Positions 18,916 through 28,337 of a DNA stretch of 64,000 nucleotides are shown here, one piece after another; positions within the stretch are counted from its first letter, which is position 1; each line of letters opens with the position of its first letter. The notes beneath the pieces were generated by a model. The model searched no databases. It saw nothing but the letters and a program-made list of their open reading frames with translations, and had not been told where the DNA came from. Source of the DNA: a virus (Duplodnaviria; Caudoviricetes); the IMG/VR virus record IMGVR_UViG_3300037312_000330, positions 160,001-224,000 of that record; one strand, 5' to 3'. A program made the position numbers and the translations under genes.

Positions 18916-18922
18916 TGTAAAT
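18916..18922 (+). promoter_or_regulatory. TGTAAAT motif
   Basis: Intergenic copy of the recurrent motif. Confidence 0.4.
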
Positions 18923-18923
18923 G

Positions 18924-18955
18924 AAAGGGTCGCTCCGCAAGGATCGGCCCTTTTT
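18924..18955 (+). terminator. rho-independent terminator
   Basis: AAAGGGTCG-cTCC-gcaa-GGAt-CGGCCC followed by TTTTT. Confidence 0.75.
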
Positions 18956-18973
18956 CATTTGCGGAGTCGAAAC

Positions 18974-19186
18974 GTGACCCATCCCAATAATCTAGGCATT
19001 CCAACTGATCATGGCCACCAACACACCGACGAGAACGGGATGCTTGTCAAGTGTTATCACAAGTGTCGAACGGAACTATCCAGTGCGGGGTTCTGGGTTG
19101 GAGTGACCATTAGCTTTCCGGTCGAACACTTCTTGTGGGAGAAAGTGTGGCCTCTTAAGATGATTACACATTGGCTTGGCCTATGA
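18974..19186 (+). CDS. small conserved-looking phage membrane protein
   Basis: GTG start after GGAG; VKCYHKC...FWVGVTISFPVEHFLWEKVWP. Confidence 0.6.
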   Translation: MTHPNNLGIPTDHGHQHTDENGMLVKCYHKCRTELSSAGFWVGVTISFPVEHFLWEKVWPLKMITHWLGL

Positions 19187-19203
19187 GTCAGCAAGCACCG
19201 AGC

Positions 19204-19227
19204 TGTAAATTGGTGTCTATAACAACC
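19204..19227 (+). promoter_or_regulatory. TGTAAAT-N7-TATAACAACC promoter-like element upstream of DNA polymerase
   Basis: Intergenic; recurrent motif. Confidence 0.55.
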
Positions 19228-19241
19228 CATAGAGGTCCTCC

Positions 19242-22232
19242 GTGAGTAGCTTCCTTAGCAAGCGATACACACCGGACGTACGGACGTCCAAGAATGACTA
19301 CGGCCTCAGTTGTCCAATCGACGAAGACTGGAAATCCAAGCCGCAGCGTGTCATGCTCGTCATCGAAACTATCGACAGCCAAGACCTGAAGGAAGGTCGA
19401 CTGCTGCACGAACGAGCACGCACGGTAGTCAGCAATCTCATCCAGTATTCTTGTGTCCAGGCTAAGCGGGAATTTGGATTCAAACGCAAAGAGTGCGCGT
19501 TCGCCACTGTTAATTTCAATTCGTATAAGTTCTTCGATCAGCCCAGAGAAACGTGGCCTGGACATCGCAGAAAGATGGCGAAGCGTGTCTGGGAGATCAT
19601 AGCTGATAAGCGTCCAACTCATGTGATCGTCTTTGGCGATTGGGCCATGAAGGCGATGATGCCCGGCACCGATTGGCTTGAGAAGAAGCGCGGTTGGGTG
19701 TTTGACGTCGATGATGGACACGGACATCCTATCAAGATCTGTGGCAGTCTTGATCTTCAACCACTTTACTCTACTCGCAAAGAAGACATTACCAAGGATG
19801 ACGAGGAAGACGCTGAAGAGACAGGCGACGTCTTCGGTAAGGCGAACCTGCTGTTCTATGTCTCGCGAAACGTCATAAACGGATTGGCTGGTCGTAATCT
19901 GTACGACTTGTCTCACATCAAACCAAATCCTGTAGTAGTCGACACGATTGAGAAGTTCGACAAGCTGTTCAAGAGGCTGTGTACCGAAGAAGTGGTGGCC
20001 CTGGACACCGAGACCAGAAATGGTTCGGTGAATCACAATGCAATCCACACGATGCAGTTGGCTTTCTCAGAGAAGAAGGGCTACTTGCTGCCAATAGATC
20101 ACCCTGAGACACCCTTCTCAGAGGATGAACGCAAGTATATCAAGAAGAAGCTACGCAAGTTCTTCGGAGCGCGCCCAGGAAAATACGCCCTCAAATATCT
20201 GATCACACAGTATGGCATCTTCGACCTTCGTGTCCTTCGTGTGGAATTGGGTCTGCCGCTCATTTGGCACGCTGTGTGGGAGATCATGGCAGGGGAATGG
20301 GTGCTCGACGAGAACATCAAATATCTCGCTAGCGCACCGTTCAATACACCTCAGGGTGGTCTGGACCAGATCTTCACGAATTACGGGAATGACCATTACA
20401 AGACTGCGGCCTTCGGGAAGGGCGACCGTTCGAATCCGGAGCTTACGAAGCTCTCTAATAAGGACTTCGTCGACTATGGTGTTATGGACGTCCAGTCAAT
20501 ATTCGGCATTCACCAGAAGCAGATTGAGCGTGCGTCAAACATCCTCATAGGAGACAAGCCATTCACGAAGTTCTTCAAGAGACTGATTCTTAAACAGTTC
20601 TCGAACACAGTACACGTTCTGTCGCACATGAAGCAGAACGGCAGCACTGTGGACAAGGACTACCTGAAGCTGCTAATCTCGAAAGAGAGCCCACTTCTTG
20701 ATCTAATCAAGAAGGCACGTTCAGCTCTATACACGTTCCCGCAGGTTCAGAAGGCTAATCGTCTGCTGTTGGCTGAATCTAGTGGACAACAGTCGAACAA
20801 GGGACTGTTCAACCGAGTGCAGACAGTATTCAAGTGGAACAAGAGTCCACATCTGAAAACACTGTTCTTCGGTGTTATGCAATTGAAGCCGGTCTCGTTC
20901 AGCAAGAAGACGAAGCTGCCAAGCACAGACAAGTTCTTCATCAAGGCATACGAGGAAGAGCATGAGATTGTCAAGAAGTTTGGCGAGTACCAGAAACTCA
21001 CCAAGCTATATTCCACGTATGTGAAGGGTTGGTGGAAAGTCCTGTCGAAGAACATCGACAGTTTGGCTGACTTCAAGCTACGTCCGGACTACGGTTTCTT
21101 CACAGTCGTGACTGGCCGTCTCAACTCCATGAAGCCGAGTTTGCAGCAGGTTCCAGCACACGGCGAAGTTGCGAAGTACATCAAGCGCATGTTCATCGCA
21201 CTTGAGGGTCATCTGCTAATCAAGTTCGACTATAGCGCGCACGAGATTCGATGCTGGTCCTACGTATCTGGTGATGAGATCCTTGCCGATGCCTTCCGCA
21301 TTGGTCAGAAGCTGCGGCAGTTACTGTTCCGGGCAACAGACCCTAAGAAGATTGAAGAGATCAACACAGCCCTCAAGCGTAAGGGCGACATGCACATCTA
21401 CAATGCGTTCCACTTCTTCGGCAAGTGGATCGACAAGAAGGATCCTCTGCGTGACGCCATCAAGAAGGTTGTGTTCGGTGTTATCTACGGAAAGGGTGTG
21501 AAGACGCTGGCCCGCGACATCAAGCAATCGGAAGAGATAGCGCAGGAAATCGTTGACAAGCTGTACAAGCGATTCCCAAAGGCGGGCAAATGGCTGAAGT
21601 GGTCGATGAACCATGCACTAGACTATCTGTACACGTACAGTCCGATTGGTATGCGTCGAAATCTGTTCGGTGTCATGACCGGCATCAACAGCATCGTTGC
21701 AGCTATGAAGCGACGTGCGGCCAACAGTCCTATCCAAGGCTTTGCCTCACAGATCGGTGTCACCACTGCACGCTTGATTGTAGAGCACTTGTACGAAGTC
21801 CTGATGAAGTTTGGGTACATCGACAAGAAAACGAAGCGTATGCCTGCCGACATTACGAAGGCAGTGCACGATGCGTTGCATACGGAATCACCATATGACA
21901 TCGTTCTCATCGTGACACACGTTGTCCAGTGGGTTGCCACCTACGGCGTTACCGCGTGGTATAAGGAAAACTACGGTGCGAACTTCCTTGTTGAACCTGA
22001 GATCGAGATGGAGTTTGGGGCCAGCGAGGACAAGATGTACAAATGGGATTGGACTCCGACTCAGTTGGACAAGATCCTCAAGGACAGCCTGCAGGATCAG
22101 AATAAGCTGGGTAACTGCAAGGATACGGATCTGGCATACGCATCCATAATGTCACCGTATCGCAACAAGAAACTGAAGTCGTTCCTTGAAGTCAACTATC
22201 CGATTCTAGGTGTATCACCTAAGAAGGGTTAA
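19242..22232 (+). CDS. polA: family A DNA polymerase with N-terminal UDG-like domain and 3'-5' exonuclease
   Basis: ExoI LDTET, ExoIII YGVMD; motif A DYSAHEIR, B RDAIKKVVFGVIYG, C VHDA; N-terminal RPTHVIVFGDWA. Confidence 0.95.
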   Translation: MSSFLSKRYTPDVRTSKNDYGLSCPIDEDWKSKPQRVMLVIETIDSQDLKEGRLLHERARTVVSNLIQYSCVQAKREFGFKRKECAFATVNFNSYKFFDQPRETWPGHRRKMAKRVWEIIADKRPTHVIVFGDWAMKAMMPGTDWLEKKRGWVFDVDDGHGHPIKICGSLDLQPLYSTRKEDITKDDEEDAEETGDVFGKANLLFYVSRNVINGLAGRNLYDLSHIKPNPVVVDTIEKFDKLFKRLCTEEVVALDTETRNGSVNHNAIHTMQLAFSEKKGYLLPIDHPETPFSEDERKYIKKKLRKFFGARPGKYALKYLITQYGIFDLRVLRVELGLPLIWHAVWEIMAGEWVLDENIKYLASAPFNTPQGGLDQIFTNYGNDHYKTAAFGKGDRSNPELTKLSNKDFVDYGVMDVQSIFGIHQKQIERASNILIGDKPFTKFFKRLILKQFSNTVHVLSHMKQNGSTVDKDYLKLLISKESPLLDLIKKARSALYTFPQVQKANRLLLAESSGQQSNKGLFNRVQTVFKWNKSPHLKTLFFGVMQLKPVSFSKKTKLPSTDKFFIKAYEEEHEIVKKFGEYQKLTKLYSTYVKGWWKVLSKNIDSLADFKLRPDYGFFTVVTGRLNSMKPSLQQVPAHGEVAKYIKRMFIALEGHLLIKFDYSAHEIRCWSYVSGDEILADAFRIGQKLRQLLFRATDPKKIEEINTALKRKGDMHIYNAFHFFGKWIDKKDPLRDAIKKVVFGVIYGKGVKTLARDIKQSEEIAQEIVDKLYKRFPKAGKWLKWSMNHALDYLYTYSPIGMRRNLFGVMTGINSIVAAMKRRAANSPIQGFASQIGVTTARLIVEHLYEVLMKFGYIDKKTKRMPADITKAVHDALHTESPYDIVLIVTHVVQWVATYGVTAWYKENYGANFLVEPEIEMEFGASEDKMYKWDWTPTQLDKILKDSLQDQNKLGNCKDTDLAYASIMSPYRNKKLKSFLEVNYPILGVSPKKG

Positions 22233-22233
22233 C

Positions 22234-22587
22234 ATGAAAGTCAATACAAAGCCCAAGTATCAGAGTGTGAGCATCACTTACGATCCGAATGGGCGCAATC
22301 CGAACGTGTTGTTCCATCTTAAAGGTGACTGGTCTGTTGAAGATACGGGTGTCCCTGGAATCGGAGCGAGCGGCAGCTTCGAGTTCGAGATGGCGCGCAA
22401 TCCGTTGAACAAACGATTCGAGAAGCCGCGTAAGCTAGAACTGAACGGCATCATCAACGACAACATTCCGGAAGAAGAACGCCACGCGCTTGCAAAGGCG
22501 ATCAAGTGCGACCTAAAGGACCACATCATTGCGATGCTGGAAACAGTCAACGGCGACATACGTCGCGCCGTACACGGAATCTGGTAA
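22234..22587 (+). CDS. hypothetical protein
   Basis: ATG 22234 directly after the polA stop. Confidence 0.6.
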   Translation: MKVNTKPKYQSVSITYDPNGRNPNVLFHLKGDWSVEDTGVPGIGASGSFEFEMARNPLNKRFEKPRKLELNGIINDNIPEEERHALAKAIKCDLKDHIIAMLETVNGDIRRAVHGIW

Positions 22588-22588
22588 C

Positions 22589-23239
22589 ATGGAACACAGA
22601 CAATGCCTTAGTCATCCTGAAATTGTGTGCAGGAATCGTGACTGCTTTCTGACAGAAAAAGGCTATTGCAACCACGATCCTCACGAGCGCATTTCCATCA
22701 CAACAGAGATCAAGGACATGTCAGACTTCCATCGGGGAGCGCGTGCCATGTTCGATGAGTGGATTTCTCGGGCAGCCGGTCGTTATCACGGCAATCCTGT
22801 TGTGCAGCGTATCATCGACCAAGAGAACGAACTGATATACGAATGGGCAGAGGATGCTCTGGAGACAATAAGTCCACAGTCGTATAAGCAGTGGAAAACG
22901 GCGATAGAGATGTATCGCCACGGAATCCAGACAGGCAAAAAACACCGTGATGCAGAACTAAAGGAAGAGAAGGAAGAACGACAGCGGCAGACTGACCTCA
23001 TCGCATACAACTCCTTCAAATGGATGTACGCAAGCATCTGTCTGCTTGTGACACTAGGTGCGTTGGTGGGAATCTACAAACGTTCAGTTCCAGGTATTGT
23101 TGGGTGTCTCTTAGCGGCTGTAGTCACAGGAGTAATCGCGTTCACCCTGCATGGAGCTTCCAGGGGATCTACAGAGGACAGCCAAAAGCCACCACGTAGA
23201 TCACCACCTGCAATGCCACCGGACACAAACAAGGAATAA
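22589..23239 (+). CDS. hypothetical membrane protein (2 C-terminal TM)
   Basis: ATG 22589; hydrophobic pair near the C-terminus. Confidence 0.6.
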   Translation: MEHRQCLSHPEIVCRNRDCFLTEKGYCNHDPHERISITTEIKDMSDFHRGARAMFDEWISRAAGRYHGNPVVQRIIDQENELIYEWAEDALETISPQSYKQWKTAIEMYRHGIQTGKKHRDAELKEEKEERQRQTDLIAYNSFKWMYASICLLVTLGALVGIYKRSVPGIVGCLLAAVVTGVIAFTLHGASRGSTEDSQKPPRRSPPAMPPDTNKE

Positions 23240-23243
23240 TGCA

Positions 23244-23609
23244 ATGAAACACTACGAATGCCACATCACAACTCGTACTCCTTTTGCTGTAGCGTCCACA
23301 GAAATTGCTAAGGAACTACACTGGAAGACAAGTGAGATTGCTCGTGATCCTGTCCTTGGGAACGACACTTACTTCTACCTTACCACTCATGACACCGATC
23401 TGGGTCGTATGTTGGGGCGCATGCAGACCTGTGTAGCGAGAATGAAGGAAGCTGGCGTCGAAGTTGTTCGAGAGAAGATCGAAGAGATCATCCACGATAC
23501 CAAGCTTGGATTGAGCGTTAGTGTCAATCCTTCAAGTGTTTCTTCACGCGTCAACCCAATGGCTGCGTGGCCTTTCCCAACACGGACCGGTCCGGGCATC
23601 AGTGAATGA
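23244..23609 (+). CDS. hypothetical protein
   Basis: MKHYECHIT...REKIE; ATG 23244 after AAGGA. Confidence 0.6.
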   Translation: MKHYECHITTRTPFAVASTEIAKELHWKTSEIARDPVLGNDTYFYLTTHDTDLGRMLGRMQTCVARMKEAGVEVVREKIEEIIHDTKLGLSVSVNPSSVSSRVNPMAAWPFPTRTGPGISE

Positions 23610-24316
23610 CAACGACTACAGAAGGTGAGATCCATGGAGGACTGCTGATCAGACTCTATGATCTTACAAAGATGGAGCCCATTACACTACCGTTTGGTGA
23701 AGAAACTAAACGTGGGAATCAAGTGCTAGCATATGATCCCGTAATACCACAAAAGCTGGATTACTGGCATAGCAGTTCCAAAGCAGAGAGATCAGAAGTC
23801 TTTGTTGCCGAGCGCAACATCTCTGTGGAAAGTCGAATGGTTGGGCAGAACGCGGAGCAGGTGTTGAGACACGCGCAACATCGCGTCATATCCATGAACG
23901 CAGGCCTGCGCAGAGAAGAACGCATGGACATGCTGGATCATGTAACTGCATCAGTATTGCCAACGCTAGTGACACCAGCCATGATCAGCATGGAAATGAT
24001 GTCTAGCCAACCGAAGTTCTTGTTGTTCTCGCGCGACATACCGATACATCTAAGCATCTTCTGTGATGACGCTTGCATGTTGCTAACATGGACGAACGAG
24101 TACGAGCTAGAACGAAGGATGCGTGATCATTACGGCAATCGATTCATCGTGTATCGGATGCCTTCCATTGTAAACGCTGCGTGTGTGATACAGACGCACT
24201 TTCTGAACAAGAAGCTGAAGCGTTGGATATATGAATCACGTGGCAATCATTTGAAACTGCTGAACATGCTAGAGGCGTTTATTTTTAGACGTTCCAAACA
24301 GGACACAGAGGATTGA
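23606..24316 (+). CDS. hypothetical protein
   Basis: 236 aa; ATGA overlap. Confidence 0.6.
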   Translation: MTTTTEGEIHGGLLIRLYDLTKMEPITLPFGEETKRGNQVLAYDPVIPQKLDYWHSSSKAERSEVFVAERNISVESRMVGQNAEQVLRHAQHRVISMNAGLRREERMDMLDHVTASVLPTLVTPAMISMEMMSSQPKFLLFSRDIPIHLSIFCDDACMLLTWTNEYELERRMRDHYGNRFIVYRMPSIVNAACVIQTHFLNKKLKRWIYESRGNHLKLLNMLEAFIFRRSKQDTED

Positions 24317-24319
24317 ATA

Positions 24320-24511
24320 ATGAGCTACAACCAACAACTGCGCAGCGTGTTCACGGATAAGGAACTGGAATTTCTGACGCGTGTGATTAGCGACGAACAA
24401 TTCGCTCCACTCACCATCGTGGACAAACGCACGCGACAATCAATCCAGGATAAACTGGCTGGCGCTCAGACGATCCGCAGTTCCAAAACAACCCCGCCGA
24501 GCAAGTTGTAA
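24320..24511 (+). CDS. hypothetical protein
   Basis: 63 aa; RBS GAGGA. Confidence 0.5.
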   Translation: MSYNQQLRSVFTDKELEFLTRVISDEQFAPLTIVDKRTRQSIQDKLAGAQTIRSSKTTPPSKL

Positions 24512-24540
24512 ATGAATGCGTGACAGCGTCCTATTAACCC
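24507..24540 (+). promoter_or_regulatory. TGTAAAT...TATTAACCC element upstream of SSB
   Basis: Recurrent motif overlapping the upstream stop codon. Confidence 0.5.
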
Positions 24541-24559
24541 AAGAAAGGAGAACACTGCG

Positions 24560-25780
24560 TTGAAAGCAAAATTCAAGACTCAACGCACGTTCGAAGATAC
24601 GCAGAACTTCTCGAAGGAACCGAAGGCTGAAGACATCGTTGATGTGCTGAAGCTTCCTAACGACGAGTGGCTCTCTACGCGAGCAGTTGGTCCAGTGGTC
24701 GCAGTTGGCGGACATTGGGTCAATGTGGAACCTCCCAAGAAAGACTCGAAGACGAAAGCCTTCTGGGTTCCTTGCTTGGCGTTCGACCCGCGTACTGAAG
24801 AACGTGACAGCACGAAGAAGTGTCCGTGGTGTGAAGACACTAGCGGTTGGATCCGCAGTTCCCTAGATTACTGGCAGAACATGATCGTTCGCAGTCTCGA
24901 GGAACAGGCACCTGCCAAGATGCCGGAGCCTACCAAGAAGGAAGCAAAGACCGGATTCAAGGAAAAGGGCTCCAAGACCTGGACTCCATGTCGTGCATTG
25001 CGTATCACGCCCGGTTGGATGCGTGACTTCAAGAAGCAAGCGGCTCTCAATCGCCACACTAACAAGAAGACTGGTGAGAAGAAGGCGTTCCCGCTTAGCC
25101 ACGAGAAGTACGGTGTTGACCTGGAACTCCAGTACGCGCCAGAGGAAAGCGCAGCCAAGAAGTACTCTCTGATGAAGGGTGAAAAACGCACTCCTTTGTC
25201 GGAAGAGCAGCAGGAATATCTGCTGCAGAACATCGAGAAGCTGTCGAAGGTTCTGGAGATTGAGTCTTCTGAGGATCCGGAAGCCGCACTCAAGGCTGCA
25301 CTGAAGAAGTGGCAGAAAGAGTACGAAGACTGGGCCAAACGCCAGAAGAAGAAGTGGAAAAGCAAGTTCGGCGGCGATGACTCTGATTCCGATGAGGAAG
25401 AAGAGGACGACGATGAAGATGACAAACCCAAGGGTAAAGGTAAGAAGGGCAAGAAGTCCGCACCCAAGGGTAAGTCGCGTGACGAGGACGATGATGACGA
25501 CGAATCGTCTGATGACGATGACGACGACAACGAGTTCGAGTACGACAAGAAGAAGTCCAAGAAATCTAAGAAGTCCAAGGATGAAGACGAGGACGACGAA
25601 GACGACGAGGATGAGGATTCCGACGAGGATGACGACGAAGACGAGGACGATGAGCCAAAGTCTAAGAAGAAGTCCAAGAAGGATAAGAACAAGAAATCCA
25701 AGAAGTCTCGCAGCGATGACGATGATGACGATGATGACGAGGATGAAGAAGACGAAGACGATGAGGATGACGACGATTAA
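24560..25780 (+). CDS. single-stranded DNA-binding protein (T4 gp32-like) with about 135-aa D/E/K low-complexity tail
   Basis: TTG start after AAGGAG; GHWV, CPWCE, KYGVDLELQY pattern; sits just upstream of recA; inference. Confidence 0.65.
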   Translation: MKAKFKTQRTFEDTQNFSKEPKAEDIVDVLKLPNDEWLSTRAVGPVVAVGGHWVNVEPPKKDSKTKAFWVPCLAFDPRTEERDSTKKCPWCEDTSGWIRSSLDYWQNMIVRSLEEQAPAKMPEPTKKEAKTGFKEKGSKTWTPCRALRITPGWMRDFKKQAALNRHTNKKTGEKKAFPLSHEKYGVDLELQYAPEESAAKKYSLMKGEKRTPLSEEQQEYLLQNIEKLSKVLEIESSEDPEAALKAALKKWQKEYEDWAKRQKKKWKSKFGGDDSDSDEEEEDDDEDDKPKGKGKKGKKSAPKGKSRDEDDDDDESSDDDDDDNEFEYDKKKSKKSKKSKDEDEDDEDDEDEDSDEDDDEDEDDEPKSKKKSKKDKNKKSKKSRSDDDDDDDDEDEEDEDDEDDDD

Positions 25781-25805
25781 TTAGTCGCATCGGCCCAACG
25801 GATGT

Positions 25806-25842
25806 TGTAAATGATATGCGTTGGGCAACCGCATCAACAACC
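25806..25842 (+). promoter_or_regulatory. TGTAAAT, hairpin and AACAACC element
   Basis: Intergenic copy of the motif. Confidence 0.5.
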
Positions 25843-25881
25843 TGAAACATCTTTTCTCAAACCAACGGAGTAGAAACTCAA

Positions 25882-26385
25882 ATGGCGAAAATGGACAAAG
25901 CAGTTGCGAAGCGCTTCGAAGAACTCGAAGAGAAGCTGGAAGACCTGAAGAAGGCTTACCAGAAGCTCGCGAAGGGTGGCGCGGCTGCCAAGGGTGGCAA
26001 GGGCAAAGCCAAGGACGAAGATGATGACTCGGACGATGATGACGAGGACTTCGATCTCGACGATGAAGACGAGGTGAAGCCGGCCAAGGGCAAGAAGGGT
26101 GGCAAGGCTGCTGCCAAGAAGACTGCCAAGAAGGGTGGAAAGAAGTCCAAGGACGAGGACGAAGACGAAGATGACGACGCCGATGAAGACGGCGACGACG
26201 ATTCGGACGACGAAGACGACGAGGACGAGAAGCCTTCCAAGAAGGGCGCCAAGGGCAAGAAGGGCGCTGCCAAGAAAGCCGGTAAGAAGGGTGGCAAGAA
26301 GTCCAAGGATGAAGACGAGGACGACGATGACGAGGACGACGAAGACGGCGACGATGATGACGACTTCGAAGATGACGACGAATGA
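25882..26385 (+). CDS. low-complexity Lys/Asp/Glu block protein with short N-terminal coiled coil
   Basis: KKGGKKSKDEDED repeated twice; RBS GGAG; strong codon bias. Confidence 0.75.
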   Translation: MAKMDKAVAKRFEELEEKLEDLKKAYQKLAKGGAAAKGGKGKAKDEDDDSDDDDEDFDLDDEDEVKPAKGKKGGKAAAKKTAKKGGKKSKDEDEDEDDDADEDGDDDSDDEDDEDEKPSKKGAKGKKGAAKKAGKKGGKKSKDEDEDDDDEDDEDGDDDDDFEDDDE

Positions 26386-26413
26386 TCGTCCTGCACTGAG
26401 CTGAAGTAAGATT

Positions 26414-26452
26414 AGGGGCTCGTCTGCAAACGCGGGCGAAGCCCCTTTCTTG
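26414..26452 (+). terminator. rho-independent terminator
   Basis: AGGGGCT...AGCCCCT followed by TTCTTGTTT. Confidence 0.7.
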
Positions 26453-26482
26453 TTTCTGAGAACAACCAGACGTAGGAACAGC

Positions 26483-28132
26483 ATGGCAACAAAAGCTAAG
26501 GGCAAAGGCAAGACAGAGGAAAAGGCCAAGCGACGCAAGCTGCGTGAGAAGGAGAAGGCTGCTAAAGTAAAGGCCAAGATGAAGTCAGCAAAGAAGCGTG
26601 GCGGTCGAACCGAGGCCCTTGAAGAAGGGGAGGAAGTAACTCCGGCAAAAGGCAAGAAAGACAAGAAGGTAAAAGAACACGATACTGCACCAGAAGCACG
26701 CAAGCTGGCCTACGGTCGTGGCATTAAAGAGCCTGACGCCATCCCAGGCATGGACATCGACGATGTCCTGAATGGCATCGAGAAGAAGACCGGTCTTGGG
26801 TCCACTGGTCTTGGTGGAGAGTCGGACACTCGCATGTCCACTGGTCTGCTGATGTTGGACCTGATTTCCGGAGGCGGCATTGCCCCTGGATGGTACACCA
26901 CGTTCGGTGAAGAGCAATCGTGTAAGTCGACTCTGGCTATGAGCATTGCCAGTTTCTCTGTCACACAAGATGTTCCAATCATCGTCTATGCTGACTTCGA
27001 GGGTAGCACTACACCGAACTACGTGCAGAACATCCTGAACACCCAAGGTGTGAAGGCCACGGTGGAGGATGTGTTCGGAGTCAAGGATCGAATGGGCAAC
27101 TATGTCAAGCGCCCACGCATCCGTTACTTGCCGTGCGACACCGCAGAACAGTTCTTCGACTATCTTGCAATGCTGGAGCGCACGCTTCCAGACAAGATCT
27201 ACGAAAACGGCCAATGGTGGTATGTATATGAGAACACCAACGAGAACCGCAAGCGTCTCTCTCAAAGTGGTCACGAATACGACAAGAAGCGTTTCTCCAA
27301 GTACAATAAGTTCTACGTGCCTGCCAAAGACGGAAGTCTGCAGGTACTGATGATTACGGACTCCTATCCTGCGATGTTGCCGGAGCGTCTGGACGTAGAT
27401 GAACCGGGTGCAGGTCTGGCTGCCGTAGCTCGCATGTTTGCCGAGCAATTGCCTCGCGTAAAGGGTAAGCTGCGCAAGAAGCGTATCGCGGTGATTGGCG
27501 TGAACCAACTGCGTGACGTTCCGATGGCGAAATACGGCCCTCCGAAGAAGCAAGCTGCCGGTAATGCGGTGCGCTACTATTCGGACGTTCGCTTCCAGAA
27601 CACTGCGCGTGCTCTGTCAGCAATCGCCGATGCGCGTCCCACAAAGGATAGTCCTTATGAAGTAGAAGGTAGTGTAGAATACGAAGGCAAGGACTACTAT
27701 CGCTACATCGACGTTCGTGGAGAGAAGAACAAGTACAGTCAACCAAACCTGCGCTGCTGGCTGCGTCTGTGGATTGAAGATGGAAACGGACAGGCTCGTG
27801 GATTCGATCCGGTGTGGGATACCTACGAATACTTGAAGCAGACAGGCCAGATGATTGGCAGCCGCAAGAAGAAGCTCGAAATGAAGTTGGTTGGCAACGA
27901 AGCCAAGAAGCCAATTGAGTGGGAAGAATTCAAGCGCCTGATCCTTGGCGAAAAGAAAGAGATCGCTGAGATCTGCAAGAAGATCGGCATGAAGCCGTGC
28001 TTTGTGCGTAAGATCTGTTTCAAGCAAATGGAAGCTAAGAAGGGCATCGACATGTACTTCGAGCAACGCCGCAAGAAGGCGATGGCGAAGGGCAGCGACG
28101 ATGACGATGACAGCAGAGGTAGTGAAGATTGA
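26483..28132 (+). CDS. recA: RecA/UvsX-family recombinase with Lys-rich N-terminal extension
   Basis: STGLLMLD..SGGG; Walker A GEEQSCKST; DFEG; DSYPAM; GVNQLR; GNAVRYYSDVR. Confidence 0.92.
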   Translation: MATKAKGKGKTEEKAKRRKLREKEKAAKVKAKMKSAKKRGGRTEALEEGEEVTPAKGKKDKKVKEHDTAPEARKLAYGRGIKEPDAIPGMDIDDVLNGIEKKTGLGSTGLGGESDTRMSTGLLMLDLISGGGIAPGWYTTFGEEQSCKSTLAMSIASFSVTQDVPIIVYADFEGSTTPNYVQNILNTQGVKATVEDVFGVKDRMGNYVKRPRIRYLPCDTAEQFFDYLAMLERTLPDKIYENGQWWYVYENTNENRKRLSQSGHEYDKKRFSKYNKFYVPAKDGSLQVLMITDSYPAMLPERLDVDEPGAGLAAVARMFAEQLPRVKGKLRKKRIAVIGVNQLRDVPMAKYGPPKKQAAGNAVRYYSDVRFQNTARALSAIADARPTKDSPYEVEGSVEYEGKDYYRYIDVRGEKNKYSQPNLRCWLRLWIEDGNGQARGFDPVWDTYEYLKQTGQMIGSRKKKLEMKLVGNEAKKPIEWEEFKRLILGEKKEIAEICKKIGMKPCFVRKICFKQMEAKKGIDMYFEQRRKKAMAKGSDDDDDSRGSED

Positions 28133-28135
28133 CGG

Positions 28136-28157
28136 AAGGGCCCTAGCGGCCCTTTCT
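28136..28157 (+). terminator. rho-independent terminator
   Basis: AAGGGCC-ctagc-GGCCCTT followed by TCT. Confidence 0.65.
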
Positions 28158-28184
28158 CGTCTGTAGATTCAACGGAGAACGAAC

Positions 28185-28298
28185 ATGACAGTGGCGACAG
28201 GTGCCACACAGAAGACGGCGGGCAAGGGATGGTGGATGTACTCGGTCCAGTCACTGCATCTGTACGAGCCACACATGGCGTGGGCGAAGAAGACCTGA
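28185..28298 (+). CDS. 37-aa micro-protein
   Basis: RBS GGAG and typical codons; ends just before TGTAAAT; not in the ORF track. Confidence 0.4.
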   Translation: MTVATGATQKTAGKGWWMYSVQSLHLYEPHMAWAKKT

Positions 28299-28300
28299 CC

Positions 28301-28326
28301 TGTAAATGGTTAGGCAACCAACAACC
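28301..28326 (+). promoter_or_regulatory. TGTAAAT-ggtt(aggc)aacc-AACAACC element
   Basis: Intergenic copy upstream of the kinase/sbcD genes. Confidence 0.5.
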
Positions 28327-28337
28327 TAGGAGTCGGT

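Noticed and set aside
24868-26703. Long antisense Ser/Leu/Phe-rich ORFs opposite the SSB tail and K/DE protein
   Set aside because: Shadow ORFs of GAC/GAT/GAA/AAG-rich low-complexity coding sequence; no RBS or protein-like content.
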